This document shows, piece by piece, positions 21,901 to 36,877 of a DNA stretch of 64,000 nt. Within the stretch, counting starts at the first letter, position 1. Each line of letters opens with the position of its first letter. Origin of the DNA: Eledone cirrhosa. Lineage: Eukaryota. The position numbers and the translations under genes are program-made. The DNA lies in NCBI GenBank assembly GCA_964016885.1, contig OZ024740.1, positions 128,712,001-128,776,000 on the forward strand, given 5' to 3'. Under the pieces are notes generated by a model, which worked only from the letters and a program-made list of their open reading frames with translations, was not told the DNA's origin and ran no database searches.

Positions 21901-22867
21901 AAAAAGCAAAGCAGGTAAAAGTAACTGCAAAGAAAGAACTGCTACAGAAACTGGCTAAGAAATGGCAAGAAAAGCCTCTGTATGGAAAATACCCAGAGCG
22001 AGCTAACAATCCTGATGTTGACAAAACTTTAACCCATCAGTGGTTGGCATCCTCTGGACTGAAATCGGAGACTGAAGGACTGATTATATCCGCACAAGAT
22101 CAGTGTCTGCCAACAAAAAATTACCAAGCCAACATAATAAAAAATGGGTGCAGCCCACTATGCCGTGTATGCAAAAAACAACCAGAGACCATTGACCATA
22201 TAATTTCAATGTGCAGTCCCATAGCTCCAACCGAATACCTAAACAGGCATGACAGAGCTGCACAATACATACATTGGATAATGTGTAAGCATTTTGACCT
22301 GCCCCATCAAAAGAATTGGTGGGAGCATCAACCACCTCCCATACTTGAAAAAGATCACATCTCAATCTTGTGGAACTTTAGCATCCAAACAGACCGAAAA
22401 ATAGATGCAAATAGACCTGATATAATATTGAAGGACTTTCAAAGGAGGGTATGCCTGCTAATTGATATGTCTGTTCCAATAGACAAGAATGTATCTATAA
22501 AAACATTTGAAAAATTGAGCAAGTATAAGGACCTGGAGATAGAAATTGGAAAAATGTGGAAATTGAGAACTAAAACAATACCAGTGGTTGTAGGCGCTCT
22601 GGGAATGATACCTAAGGGGTCTAACGACTACTTATCGCAAATCCCAGGAAACCCGCGTATAGGAGAAATACAAAAGATAGTACTAATGGGAACTGCCCAT
22701 ATACTAAGGAAGATCCTGTCAATATAAGTACATCACAAGTCTAAACACTAAGGATGCATGTGTGAATATGTGTGTTCTTTCTTGAACATGGCGGACCTTG
22801 TTGTCTCTTGAGGTCACTGGTTGTGACTTGGTGATAACTCGTATAAACATAAAGCAAGATAAATGCA
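18921..22867 (+). mobile_element. R4/Dong-clade RT-RLE retrotransposon family B, apparently full length
   Basis: Structured GC-rich 5' leader, single 1216-aa ORF, 140-nt 3' UTR, (AAT)n tail 22868-22972. The 5' boundary is approximate. Confidence 0.95.
19077..22727 (+). CDS. Non-LTR retrotransposon protein: N-terminal Myb-like domain, reverse transcriptase, CCHC knuckle, restriction-like endonuclease
   Basis: KWSREDNKEVLEAFY; KSPGKDKI; NYRPITCL; IDYKKAFDS; FQGDSLSP; YMDD; YKYLG; CRVC..ETIDHIISMC; RHD; RPDIIL..LIDMSVP..EKLSKY. No stops. Confidence 0.95.
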   Translation: MSNDEISYRIGRHPGKKGPRPSERNQTGVEKSANGSNLPITSELETSHNRNTPTVGPPCSPPRNPKKKREKWSREDNKEVLEAFYTAMYYPSNTSNTEQTYINWKKKHPENRGYIDSNKLANIRRNIVRKKLLTDIEIDQIKLVAQSQRRENEACVSENEVNCNTSNPRVGVESLATEQIKERSEKVEGVHAQDETLNENNEIVNDKEMNENELANLKDEIMIEWMKMKESDMGERDTLPKIQNSKQNQKIIHKTNIILKNIIITNKINITDLNHLYYASAKVTTHLCGVKMKKQRNSHKKSTWQDNINRQINLLRSDIEILTNYKVGEHVKQTKLRKLKKKYSIRSTCDIDMLIETIKQKVSAKAARIRRFEKRSRFYKDNNMFKNNQRNFYRKIGKSTITAKSIPPKEEVQEFWEKIWAEEKVHNIHAPWIDRQMKETAHLEEQTWENITVEQLRLALRKTSKWKSPGKDKIQNFWINAFTESHELLAQLYNEIVKEPEKIPSWLVNGITFLLPKNDETNNPKNYRPITCLTTMYKILTSVLTEYTYDHLITNDLFPIEQKGCKRGSYGCKDQLLVNKMILEDCHNRHKNLSIAWIDYKKAFDSLPHSWIEKCLEIFKISPVVRRFLSFSMRTWRTTLLLNSETKSLEAGEVNINCGIFQGDSLSPLLFCIALIPLSKMLNETKHGYRVYDKTINHLFYMDDLKLFAKNDEQLQGLLSTVKQFSDDIKMEFGLDKCAKATFTRGKLLKSSDINLDRGNVIRELDQEQTYKYLGVCEGDGIKHSTMRERIRKECYRRVRAILRTELNARNRIDAINTLAIPVVTYSYNVINWSSTEIRRLDTKIRKFLTMHRMHHPKADIDRIYLPRKEGGRGLIQLDIALKTATIGLSTYLRESHDWMIKLVLKHESTKRSYSITKDAQRYSNGLQISEVPFTAEMENTEKAKQVKVTAKKELLQKLAKKWQEKPLYGKYPERANNPDVDKTLTHQWLASSGLKSETEGLIISAQDQCLPTKNYQANIIKNGCSPLCRVCKKQPETIDHIISMCSPIAPTEYLNRHDRAAQYIHWIMCKHFDLPHQKNWWEHQPPPILEKDHISILWNFSIQTDRKIDANRPDIILKDFQRRVCLLIDMSVPIDKNVSIKTFEKLSKYKDLEIEIGKMWKLRTKTIPVVVGALGMIPKGSNDYLSQIPGNPRIGEIQKIVLMGTAHILRKILSI

Positions 22868-25422
<2,555 letters not shown>

Positions 25423-25954
25423 AATAATAATAATAATAATAATACTGATAACAATGATACAAATAGAAATAATGATAATAATCATTTTAATGAAGACGTC
25501 TTTCCAACAACAATGAATCAGCAATGATTGGAACAATCCACTCCGTCTGAATCATAGTTGTTTTGCGCTTCATTTATCAAGTCAGTCATTTGATAATGTG
25601 TCTAATCAGCAAATATACATTCTACCGCACTTGTATATATGTGAATCAGCTATTTTCCGAAGTCAACATATTGGGTGCGTTATTATAGTTATTTCAAATG
25701 ATCTATTGTCCTTCGGGCGGTGCCCCAATCATAACAAAATAAAATATCTGTTTTTCTTTATATCCTATGTCATTATTTTTATTTTGTACAGCTGCGAAAT
25801 GCACCTATTTAGCTATTAGATACACATCAATATTATGTATTTTTTCCTCCATCCATTAGCAAGAGGACTACAATCTCGATCAATACGACCACTTCTTCTA
25901 TCTGTTTATCTCAAATGTTGCGGATTTGATTTACTTTTATTATTTACTGAAAGG

Positions 25955-26137
25955 GCGCTGGATTGGCAGTATCGGTAGAGAGTCGGACGCCATGCTTTCC
26001 AGCATAGTTACGTCCCTTTACGATCTGAGTTCAAATCCCGTCGAGGTTAACTTTGCCTTTCATCCTTACGGGTTCGATAAAATAAAGTACCAGTAACGTA
26101 CTGGGTAATTGCTGGCCTTGTGCCAAAAGTAGAAACA
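25955..26137 (+). mobile_element. Full-length tRNA-derived SINE with 16-bp TSD
   Basis: A box TGGCAGTATCGG, B box GAGTTCAAATCCC; TSD attatttactgaaagg at 25939-25954 and 26138-26153. Confidence 0.95.
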
Positions 26138-26403
26138 ATTATTTACTGAAAGGCATTTACCAGAAATTTTGCCACTGACTAACTTTCTTTAGTGGAAAAG
26201 GACATCGTAATTGTTAACTTACGACAGCTTCTGCCCGGATGATTCAGTACGCGCGTTGGTATACAGTTTCATCAACACATATACATACACACCTATTAAG
26301 TATAAACAAACTGACACAGTGGTACACATTCAGAAATGAACACGTGGGCAACAAACATACAGACACATGCACTTATACACTTATACGCCATTCCCACTCT
26401 GAC

Positions 26404-26503
<100 letters not shown>

Positions 26504-26956
26504 TATTAAATAAATAAATATATATATATATATATATTAGTAATAATACTAAATTTGAAGACTAAAATCCAAAGAGGGCTCGATAAGCATAAATATATAT
26601 CAAATATATAAGAACCGTAGAGCAAATATATATATATAAAGAATTAGTATATCTACCGACATATATATACAGATGCATACTTATGCTAGCAAATATATAG
26701 GTTTTGTCTCCGTAACTTTGTGGTTCTATGCAAGGGGATGCAGAACAATTATATGAAAGACGTAAAATAAGAAAATTATTAAAATTAACCTACTTACTAA
26801 AATTTCACTCCAACTAATTAGTTTCTTAAAGGGAATAAACATGGCTTCCTAATGGAAAGCATGGAGAAACCATTTCGTCATCAGGAAGTCATTCTCAGCT
26901 AAGATCCCAGGCGATGCGTGGACCCAGGGAACGTATACGAAAATAATTCAGTGGAG

Positions 26957-27330
26957 GGAAAAAAGCAAGCGTGGACTAAATTCCAAGACATTGAAAAAAT
27001 CACCGCCTACTTGGTCGGTGGCAAACTCAAAAGAATGAATCACGTGACATCGAGGTTAATCAGTGAGGAGTGGGGTGTTAAAAAGACAGTAGCCAGGCTA
27101 TTACTATGAACTATAGTAGCAGTTTTGGCAAATTTTTGCTCAACAAAATAATTTGGAGATAATTATAAAGAATTAGTATATCTACCAGATGCATACCTAT
27201 GTCTTTTTAACTCCCCACTCCTCACTGATTAACCTCGATGTCACGTGATTGATTCTTTTGAATTTGCCACCGACCAAGTAGGCAGTGATTTTTCAATGTC
27301 TTGGAATTTAGTCCACGCTTGCTTTTTTCC
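26957..27330. repeat. Inverted repeat, ~130-bp arms (26957-27089 / 27200-27330)
   Basis: ggaaaaaagcaagcgtggact...gttaaaaagaca versus its reverse complement, with a few mismatches. Confidence 0.9.
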
Positions 27331-27595
27331 ACAAAGTGACCGGTTGCAAAACACGTATATGTATGTGTATGTATATATATATATATATTTAAACTTTTAT
27401 ATGAAATAATCTCCCACTAGGTTGAGATAAAAATTTGGCTGTATTGTGCTGTGCTTTCTAGCAAAAATGCCACCAGTCGTAAGCAACTACCACACCCCTT
27501 CCAACTTGACCTCGACTACGTCACGATTTTTAGCCATTTTGAAATGAATTCTTGGCGCGATCGTTTTGGAAAATTTAATGTCTAGATATGAGCGA

Positions 27596-27683
27596 GCTTC
27601 CTGAAGAATCCGGCGCTCGAGTTTATATAATTATTACATAATTATTGGAAAACTCAAAACACGGACGAAACCATGGTAGAGGT
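27596..27683 (+). ncRNA. Type I hammerhead ribozyme with extended stem II
   Basis: Stem I gcttc/gaggt; CTGAAGA 27601-27607; stem II tccg/cgga + gagttt/aaactc + ataatt/aattat; GAAA; palindromic stem III ACCATGGT; GUA site; 10.1-11.1 is an A-C mismatch. Confidence 0.7.
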
Positions 27684-28054
27684 ATTTAAATGTATTCTAT
27701 TTTCTCCTAGTTTATTTTAAACCTAATTCTGCTTAGTTGACTGTATCTAGGCGATTACGCTGTCGAAATATTCGATAAATATTCCACTACGGCCGACGCG
27801 AAGCGCTAGTTTTGGTTATTTGTCGGAGATTCCTTCATAGAAGCCCAATTCTTATAGCCTGGTCTATTCGATTTTTTATATAGTTAATTATGCTAATTGG
27901 GAGAGGAAATAGTATATATTTTATCTTGTGATTCTATAGAGATGTTTTATGATATATAGCTCTGATTGTTTAATTTATTAACTTTTCATTGAGCCACAAA
28001 GTGACCGGTTGCAAAACACGTATATGTATGTGTATGTATATATATGTAAACTTT

Positions 28055-28240
<186 letters not shown>

Positions 28241-28699
28241 ACTATTTCTATATGAAACTCGTGGAAATCTTAGGTTTCTTTGATCGTTATCAGCCTGTTC
28301 ATTCTACATGGATACTGCTGTATTCTGATCGAATCGATACCATATGGTCCATATCCATTTTCCGTACGTCGTTTTTGGCTTTTGATGAGCAGTTACCTAT
28401 GAAGCGAAATTGATGATTCACGTTGGATTCATTGCCTATGTCTACAGATCGATTTAATTTCCCAATATAATATCACTCCTTGAATCAGTTATACGCACGT
28501 ATATTTGACTTGTAGGACTACCTGTTGATAAATTCCCGTATTCCGAGTTTGCCGATAACAAATATTCAGTAATTGTGGTTGGCAACTTCTTTCGGTGGTG
28601 GAACCCATCCCCTTTCCAGGTCTGAGTTGATCAGATTTATTCTAGAAAATAATAATTTGAGAGAAAAGAATTGTGAAAGTGATAAAGAAGAATTATTGA

Positions 28700-28840
28700 T
28701 CTCGCTACTAGTATTTATCGACCACTGAAAGAAAGGCCAAATTGACCTCGCTGGTATTTGAACTGAGAGACCCGAGAACAGCAAAAATATCGCAAAGTAA
28801 TCTATCCGAGGTTCTAACGCCTCTAAAAATTGGTCGCCAA
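28700..28840 (-). mobile_element. Old diverged SINE
   Basis: tatcgaccactgaaagaaaggccaaattgacctcgctggtatttgaactgaga resembles the SINE core and B box. Confidence 0.6.
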
Positions 28841-29069
28841 TTTCTAGTATAGCCTATAAATTCCGTCTTTGGTTTAAAATTGTATGCCTAATCCAAGGGC
28901 TTGCCTGGATATATATACAGATTAACATGTATGTATTACATAGTAGTACAGTTGTTAAATATATTTCGACATATAACCAAGAGCATAGGCATATAGATTC
29001 CTAGAGGTGCTCACATACACATGCACACGTGAGAACGTGCTGTGATACACAGACATCGACACGAAAAAA

Positions 29070-29119
<50 letters not shown>

Positions 29120-29157
29120 GAGTATCCATATATCTGTGTGCGCATGCATGCGTGTGC

Positions 29158-29206
<49 letters not shown>

Positions 29207-29210
<4 letters not shown>

Positions 29211-29314
29211 AACCAGTAAGACCCCAACAGCTGAGCTCAAGCCGTTTCGACGGCTAATTCAGAATTAGCCGTCGAAACGGCTTGAGCTCAGCTGTCGGGG
29301 TCTTACTGGTTCCT
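29207..29314. repeat. Near-perfect ~107-bp palindrome inside a short (TA)n-embedded element
   Basis: taggaaccagtaagacccc...ggctaattc-a-gaattagcc...ggggtcttactggttccta. Confidence 0.92.
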
Positions 29315-29392
29315 ATTACCCACTCTACTACCTCAAGTATTGAGTACTTTGGTGCGTTATGGTCCACCTGGTTCCTTACCACATTTCCTTCG

Positions 29393-29459
<67 letters not shown>

Positions 29460-29505
29460 AAAGCTAAACAGAAATAACAACACAATCGGTACAGTATATG
29501 GAAGG

Positions 29506-29536
<31 letters not shown>

Positions 29537-29859
29537 TTGTTATATAGGAAACGTTAGTATCGTTACATTGAACAAATTTCCTTTTCTCTTTTAGGGCTAT
29601 CTCACCTACATCCATTGACGCACTACATGCTCTACTTTCTGTGTCTTCCTACATTGGTGGGTAAGATAAATAGTGTGCATGTATCGGGATGACATAGATA
29701 TAATCGACTAATATATTTAATAAGGTTTGGATGCATGGCACTAGTTTGGCCATAACTAGTAAATGTAAACTAACATAATCATATTTATAACTCATTTTCA
29801 AACATTTAATATTTAAAAAGATAATTTAAGAAATGAGATTCTTTTAAAATGGTTTATAT

Positions 29860-30035
29860 TTAAGCACAAGACCAGATATTTGTGAGATGGCGACAGCTGA
29901 AAGTGATCAAAATAATTCATTGCACTTTTATTTTTTAGACTCCGAAAGATGAAATGCAAAGAGTAACTCAGAATTTAAAAGTTGAAACAAATGCTACAAA
30001 GTAATCTATATGTTGGTCTGGCCATCGTGCCAATC
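29860..30035 (-). mobile_element. Old diverged SINE
   Basis: gcacaagaccag...ttttagactccgaaagatgaaatgcaaa...gtgccaatc follows SINE order. Confidence 0.5.
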
Positions 30036-30618
30036 AAGCGTTTTCTGCTAGATACAAATATTAGTACATGTGAAAAAACGGAACCTACAGGAATATACCA
30101 ATTGCTTGTTGGTAAATTTGATGTATATACTTATGATGTATTCTCAAATATTCATTAAGTGTTAAACTTAGAAACACAGACACACGCTCACACACATGCA
30201 CACATATGACATACATAGAGAAATATTTGTTTTTTCTTGAGCCCTGCTCCCTGGTATTGTAGTTTCGACGTGACGTTCAACTTATGTAAATCTGACAGGG
30301 CTCATTATTTTCTAATCCGGTAACTACGGATTATTTCTTCAAATAAGAATGTGTTTTGTGTGATAAACTCAGATAGTTAGACTGAATATGACAAGAAGGT
30401 AGAACATCAGATAAACTGATAAAGAGAGATAGAGAGCGAGAGAGAGAGATGAGGGAACACACACAGACACACATAGAATGTTACTTAGTACTGGATTGAG
30501 ATACTATTTATCGAACCACGAAAAACGAGAAAGTACAACAAAAATAACCTTTGCGGCATTTTGACTCGTCATAAATATCCAGAAACATTATTGCAAGGCA
30601 CTTTAGTTGACACGTTTG

Positions 30619-30683
<65 letters not shown>

Positions 30684-31471
30684 TGTGTGTGTGTGTGTGT
30701 GTGTGTATGTGAGTGTGTGTGGAGGTGTGAATAACAGTTGTTACATACCATTTTCGTATTTCGTAATATTCCTAGCTCGGATGTAACTTTACCATTTCTT
30801 TATATACATCAATACATATACATAAAATACCCAAATATACACGCATACGCTCACACATACACTCACTCACACACACACACTCACACACACACACATACAC
30901 ATACACACACACACACACATGCACACATCTACATAGACAGAATTTCGGCCATCCTTATCAAGCGAGAATAATATTTCAAGATGTACCATATTATTGTTAA
31001 TAATTTTGATATCCGTGGAATAATCATGTTGTGCCAGTTAGAGAAAAATACAATTGCATAGCCATTAGACTGGTACTTATAATCTAACCCAAAATACTAA
31101 ACAGCAAAGTGTATTTCGTTCGGAACACAATTATGAACTTAGAGCGAAGAAGATGAACATATTATCACACGGTATTTTATCCAATGCTCTTACGTCTACA
31201 TATCGACCGCTTTATAAATTCAAATTATTGCGAAGACACTATAATACATATAATACGTATATGAGTGTGCCTGTGAGTTAGTGTGTATATGTGAGTTTGA
31301 GTGTGTGTAGGTGTACCTAAACATATATGCATATGGACATATATATTATGGTGTATTCTAAATGATTTGAAAATTCACGCTTGATTTAATGGGCGGTTAT
31401 TTATCTGAATATAATAGAACGAAATACGAACTCTGAAAAAGAAAATGAAAAAAGGAAATGAAATGAGAAAC

Positions 31472-31511
<40 letters not shown>

Positions 31512-31513
31512 TC

Positions 31514-31583
<70 letters not shown>

Positions 31584-33429
31584 GATTTTAACAAAATGGT
31601 TTTCTTTAAAAGCATGTGCCAAAGTTGCTGGCTTATTGCTTGCGTCTTACATTGAAATTATCAATATGTCTGTTCTTAAATATCTTCTTTTCCGAATATG
31701 AATTCGTGTTTACTTTCAATTATTCTTCCGTTTTGAATGAAATACGGATAAGCAACTACGCGAAACCCGAGGAAAGAAGCCAATATTTTTCTACAATGAA
31801 TGTATTGTTAAGTATCGGGAACGTCAAATCTTAAAGGAAAAGGATTCGAATTAGAAAATAAAAGTATTTCAATAAAAGAAAAATAAACTACAATAATAAG
31901 AAGGTTACTGTTTGTATTGCATTAAGGACAGAAATAGATTGCCAGTACAATACTCATCTAGAAATTAATTTCATGGCTAGATAAACATGAGTTACGCTGC
32001 ATTAGTGTCTCGAGCGAAACACCAAGATGGCGGAAAGCTGCAGCTTAACAATATGAAGAAACTTATTGAATGTATTACAGTCATTATCTAAATAAAAAAA
32101 AAATACAAAGAAATGGGGAAAAACAAAGGATATGATCGTTTCTTGGAATAGGTACTAGTAAAATAAACTAAAATAAGGTTGAAAAGAAGTAATGATAATA
32201 TGATGGAAACAGATAAACACTATTCTTTGATATAGTTCAACTCTGACGGCTATTTGCATTACAATCTGGGATATTTATTTCCTTTCAAAATAATTTTAAG
32301 CGCTATAAGATTTAGATTAATAGTAATATTAATTTTACTGAATACTTTCATATATTCGTATACATGCTAGTTAGTTTATTTGTTTTCTGATTTTGATTTC
32401 GATTATCTTTTATGTTTTACAAAAAAAGCGTTGGTGTATATTTGGGTTTTATTAGCTGAGTAATAATCTACTTTTTGTATCCTATATTTTGAAAATAATA
32501 CGTAATATTTATAGTAATATTTCTTCTAAACATACATTTTCTCTAATCTCTACCATTAATTGTATTATGCACTATATGACCGTATTAGTGATACAGAATC
32601 GTAAGATGAAAGAGACGATCGATCATATGTTGAGGAGACATCATTTTAAAATCAATATGTTCACATTGCTATGTCTGAAATACACTGATAAAAGAAAATA
32701 TACCCAGGTATACATGATAAAACTCACGCAAATGAAACTTTTATACAATCATATGCAATCAAAATATACATCAATGAATTTTTAAATTGTTCTGACATAT
32801 ATATTCTGCGAAAATTTAAGTGGCAAATCGGAGTTATGAATTAACTTCTAAGATTTTAATGTAAATGACATTAGATGGAAGTACTAATTTTTCCTTCTTA
32901 AATTGATGCCCATGATGTTAGCAAAAAAAAAACCCCACAAAAAACAAACAAACACAAAAAAACAAAGAGGACCTAAAAGCATTTTAAGTGATTATGAGAA
33001 CACTGTACAAACAAATCTCATGAAATATGCACAATTATTTAGATAAAGTATTGATCTGATTGATCGATTAGAAGAAGATAAAATAAAAAAAAATATCCCT
33101 TTGATAAAGATTACAAGTTAAAAAACAATAAAGTTGCGATAGATTTTAGTTTATTCAATATGGGTAATTGCTCAAAGATAACGTGGGATATTTGATTCCA
33201 CTGGTTTCCCCATAGGAAAGAAACATAAACCTGGAAGTATTTGATGAAAATAGTTAGTGACCGACTCCGAAATACGGTAAAGAATATAAAAGGAAATAAC
33301 CAGAATTAATAGGTATTTTAGACACAAATGACAAAAGCTGCGTCCACTATCGATTCAAAAATACAAAGTAAATTTCATATATGAATGTAAAAAACTATAG
33401 TTCCCAGGTTTCTACTCGATTTTAACCTT

Positions 33430-34230
33430 TGACCATTTTACGGAAGATATTAATTAATAATCCGAATTTAGCTTTCATCTTAGTCCGAAATGCCTCTCAT
33501 ATGTAAATGATATTTGTTAAATACATGCTACTAAATTCAAAACATATGCTCTCCTTCTAAACCTTGTTGCTACTGAAACATATATGTTCTCCATCTTTGC
33601 GTCATGTATTGAAGCAATACATGACGGAAAGTGACAAAATATGACGAAGACGGAGATAATAGATGATACAATGTATGAGGGAACACTTTGGCTTTCAGCT
33701 GCTAGCGCCCAAAAGATTTTGCCACACATGCATCTGATGATTCATTTGGAAAGTTTTGATGTAAGTGTAATCGAAAAGTGGAGAAACAGGACGATTAATA
33801 TATATTTAAACAGATATATTATTAGCAAAGATTTATTATTCGAAGATATACATTATATAAATATATATCAATACCGATAAACTATTTAATTCTTGTACAG
33901 TGTTATTAGGACATTATACTTTTTTGAAATGCAGTTTTTTTTCAATTACTATTGTGTTAAGTGTCGGGAAAACGACCAAGATTTTCACTGGATCGACCAT
34001 CAATGTTTTTTCTATGACAAACGGCAGATCGAATGATTATGCTTTCATTCACGGATGCTACGCATTTCTAATAAAACACTTTAAATATGATGTGACTGTT
34101 TTAACATTAACAACACGTTAATTGACGTATCTGTGTATTTAGAGTCATTTGATGTATATGAATTGTGTGATTGATAATACATCAGCGACTAGTAGAAAAT
34201 AATAGGCAATAATTGATAGGATATGTTGTG
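33430..34230 (-). pseudogene. Probable decayed intronless class A (FMRFamide-receptor/Srw-like) GPCR
   Basis: Minus strand, in order: YYFLLVADVL (TM2), CFIRNA*HP*MKA (post-TM3 HPxKA), YLFKYILIVLFLHF (TM5), IISVFVIFCHFPSCI (TM6), LTNIIYI*EAFRTKM (TM7/H8). Many stops and frameshifts. Confidence 0.42.
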
Positions 34231-34676
34231 ATAAATTGATATCTAATAAAATTCGTAAGGCAAAATGTGACAAAACTCTCGATAGATATTAGATCAAAGA
34301 AAAGCTTTAATTAGTTCTGTAACAATCGGTTTTTAAAATAAGGCTGTTTCCTAATATAATTTGTCAAACGTCACAGCATAATATTCGCTTTTCTAACGCA
34401 CACACACACACCACACACACACACACACTCTCCCCCTCTCTCTCTCGCTCTCTTTCTCTCTCTCTCTCTCGCTTTCTTTTTCTCTCTCTCTCTCTCCACT
34501 GATTCTCATATATGGTAATATTTTTGATATCTATTTTGGTGAAGCAAACGATTTCTGGAAAGGTGATAATATAATGTTTAATACGTAGTGATGAGTGAGG
34601 TCGTTTAAGCGGGGTAATGATTAGTTGAATCGTTAGTCTACAAGATATGCACAGGCACACACACAGACACACACAC

Positions 34677-34760
<84 letters not shown>

Positions 34761-35190
34761 ATGTGTGTGTGTGTGTGTGTATGTGCGTGTGCGTGTGTGT
34801 GTGTGTCTGTGTGTGAGTGATTTCTAGAATATTACTTGATACGTTTTTTATCCAGTTACATAATAGTGTACGTCTATGCTATCACTCAACTCACTCGCTT
34901 AATAAATATAAATATTTCCATATTACATATCACCACATAACGCCCTACATCTGCTATTGGGGCCACATACTAATATGTGTACACCTACTTAGCTATTTTA
35001 AATTCGGATCTTTGAATTGTTTCCCTTTTTGAACTCCGTTTTCAAGAAGAAGCGTTGCATACGATAGGTTTTCGACGGTTTCATCAAAATCACCCAGGCA
35101 CCTGACATCTAAGTCACATATATGATCGCTCTTATAGTCTGGGGCTTGTAATTTTAGGTAAAGCCATTGCCCCGTGTTTGAACATAAACA

Positions 35191-35305
<115 letters not shown>

Positions 35306-35335
35306 CGTGTGTTTGTGTGTGTTTGTGTATGTTTG

Positions 35336-35376
<41 letters not shown>

Positions 35377-35483
35377 ATAACGAAGGAGTTGTGGTAAAGA
35401 ACCAGATGGACCATCACGCACCAGTCCAGAAGTAGCTGTCGAATCGGCTTGAGCTCTGTCGTCGGGGTCATACTTTCTCCTAT
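35377..35483 (+). mobile_element. Short repeated element in a (TA/TG)n tract, related to 29207-29396
   Basis: tataacgaaggagttgtggtaaagaaccagatggaccatcacgcacc and gtcgaatcggcttgagctctgtcgtcggggtc both match the minus strand of 29207-29396. Confidence 0.75.
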
Positions 35484-35536
35484 ATGTATATATATACAGA
35501 GAGATAAAGAGAGAGAGAGAGAGAGAGAGATGGAGT

Positions 35537-35618
<82 letters not shown>

Positions 35619-36004
35619 TGTAAGTGTGTGTGTATATGTTAATCATTAGGTTAGTTTAGATCCTATGTTCTGCTATTTTGAATCATGTAAACCGCTACCT
35701 ACATATGACCGTCGGTGCATAGTACGACCTCCACACTAGCGTCGCATTCAGTATCTAGAGGGTGAGAATGCACTCTGATATGGGAAACTCAATAACCTTT
35801 AATTTTCGCATAGCTGACGAAATATATCTCTCACATGTAATAATTTTTCCTCAAAAGACCTAGGTAAAAGAGGGACCCTGATTGGTCCAAACTACTTTAA
35901 ATTGTTAAAAACAGGGTTGGGTTGTAGTATCATCAACTCACGTTAACCGTCGAACTGAGACTATATGTAATGAATTTTTATGAAATGTGCACGCACATAC
36001 ACTG

Positions 36005-36096
<92 letters not shown>

Positions 36097-36747
36097 AAAA
36101 TACACACATATATATATATATATACATATGTATATGTTACGTATAAGCCAATTCAAATATATGATTTATTGATCATTATTTGCTATTCATCTATTCTCTG
36201 GGCAAATTCGAAACTGAGAGAAAAAATTCTATGCTTCTTAATACGGTTTTCCTTATTTAATCTCAGGTAGACCAGGAGGAAAATAGTAAAATGAAATCAC
36301 CAAATAATTGAAAATAAATATTGACTAATGTATCTTGATTCTTGGCGTTATCAAGTGAACTTTAAATAAAAAAAACATCTTCCTAGAGCAATATGATAAT
36401 TACGATTTTTATCTTTTTCATAAATATGAGAGATAATGTTTATATATATATATATATATATGTAGGAGGTGAGTTTTATTCTAGTACAATAAAGCAATGC
36501 AGATATCGGATAAGAAGCACTCTACAGTTTGTAGGACTGTAGTATGCATAATATAAGATCAAAAGATGGTTAAATGTTGAGGGTTATATGTTGATTTAAA
36601 ACTGCACTATCCACAAGTGCTTTTTAGCCTTCATATCATGTTCTCCTGTTTTATCTGATGAAAACACAAATATTATTGCATGATGATGTTTGTTTTTGAA
36701 ATGCGCATAATAAAATACATGGAACTCCTTTAACCATCTTTTGATCT

Positions 36748-36877
<130 letters not shown>

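Noticed and set aside
25955-26045. SINE head as a tRNA gene
   Set aside because: A and B boxes are present, but the spacing is extended, there is no cloverleaf, and the TSD and tail indicate a SINE.
33641-33766. Plus-strand ORF ending near a GTAAGT donor as a host exon
   Set aside because: No recognisable product or partner exons; the minus-strand GPCR-like reading explains the region better.
35060-35092. Minus-strand TTGATGAaaccgtCGAAAac hammerhead-like motif
   Set aside because: No supportable stems; too degenerate to call.
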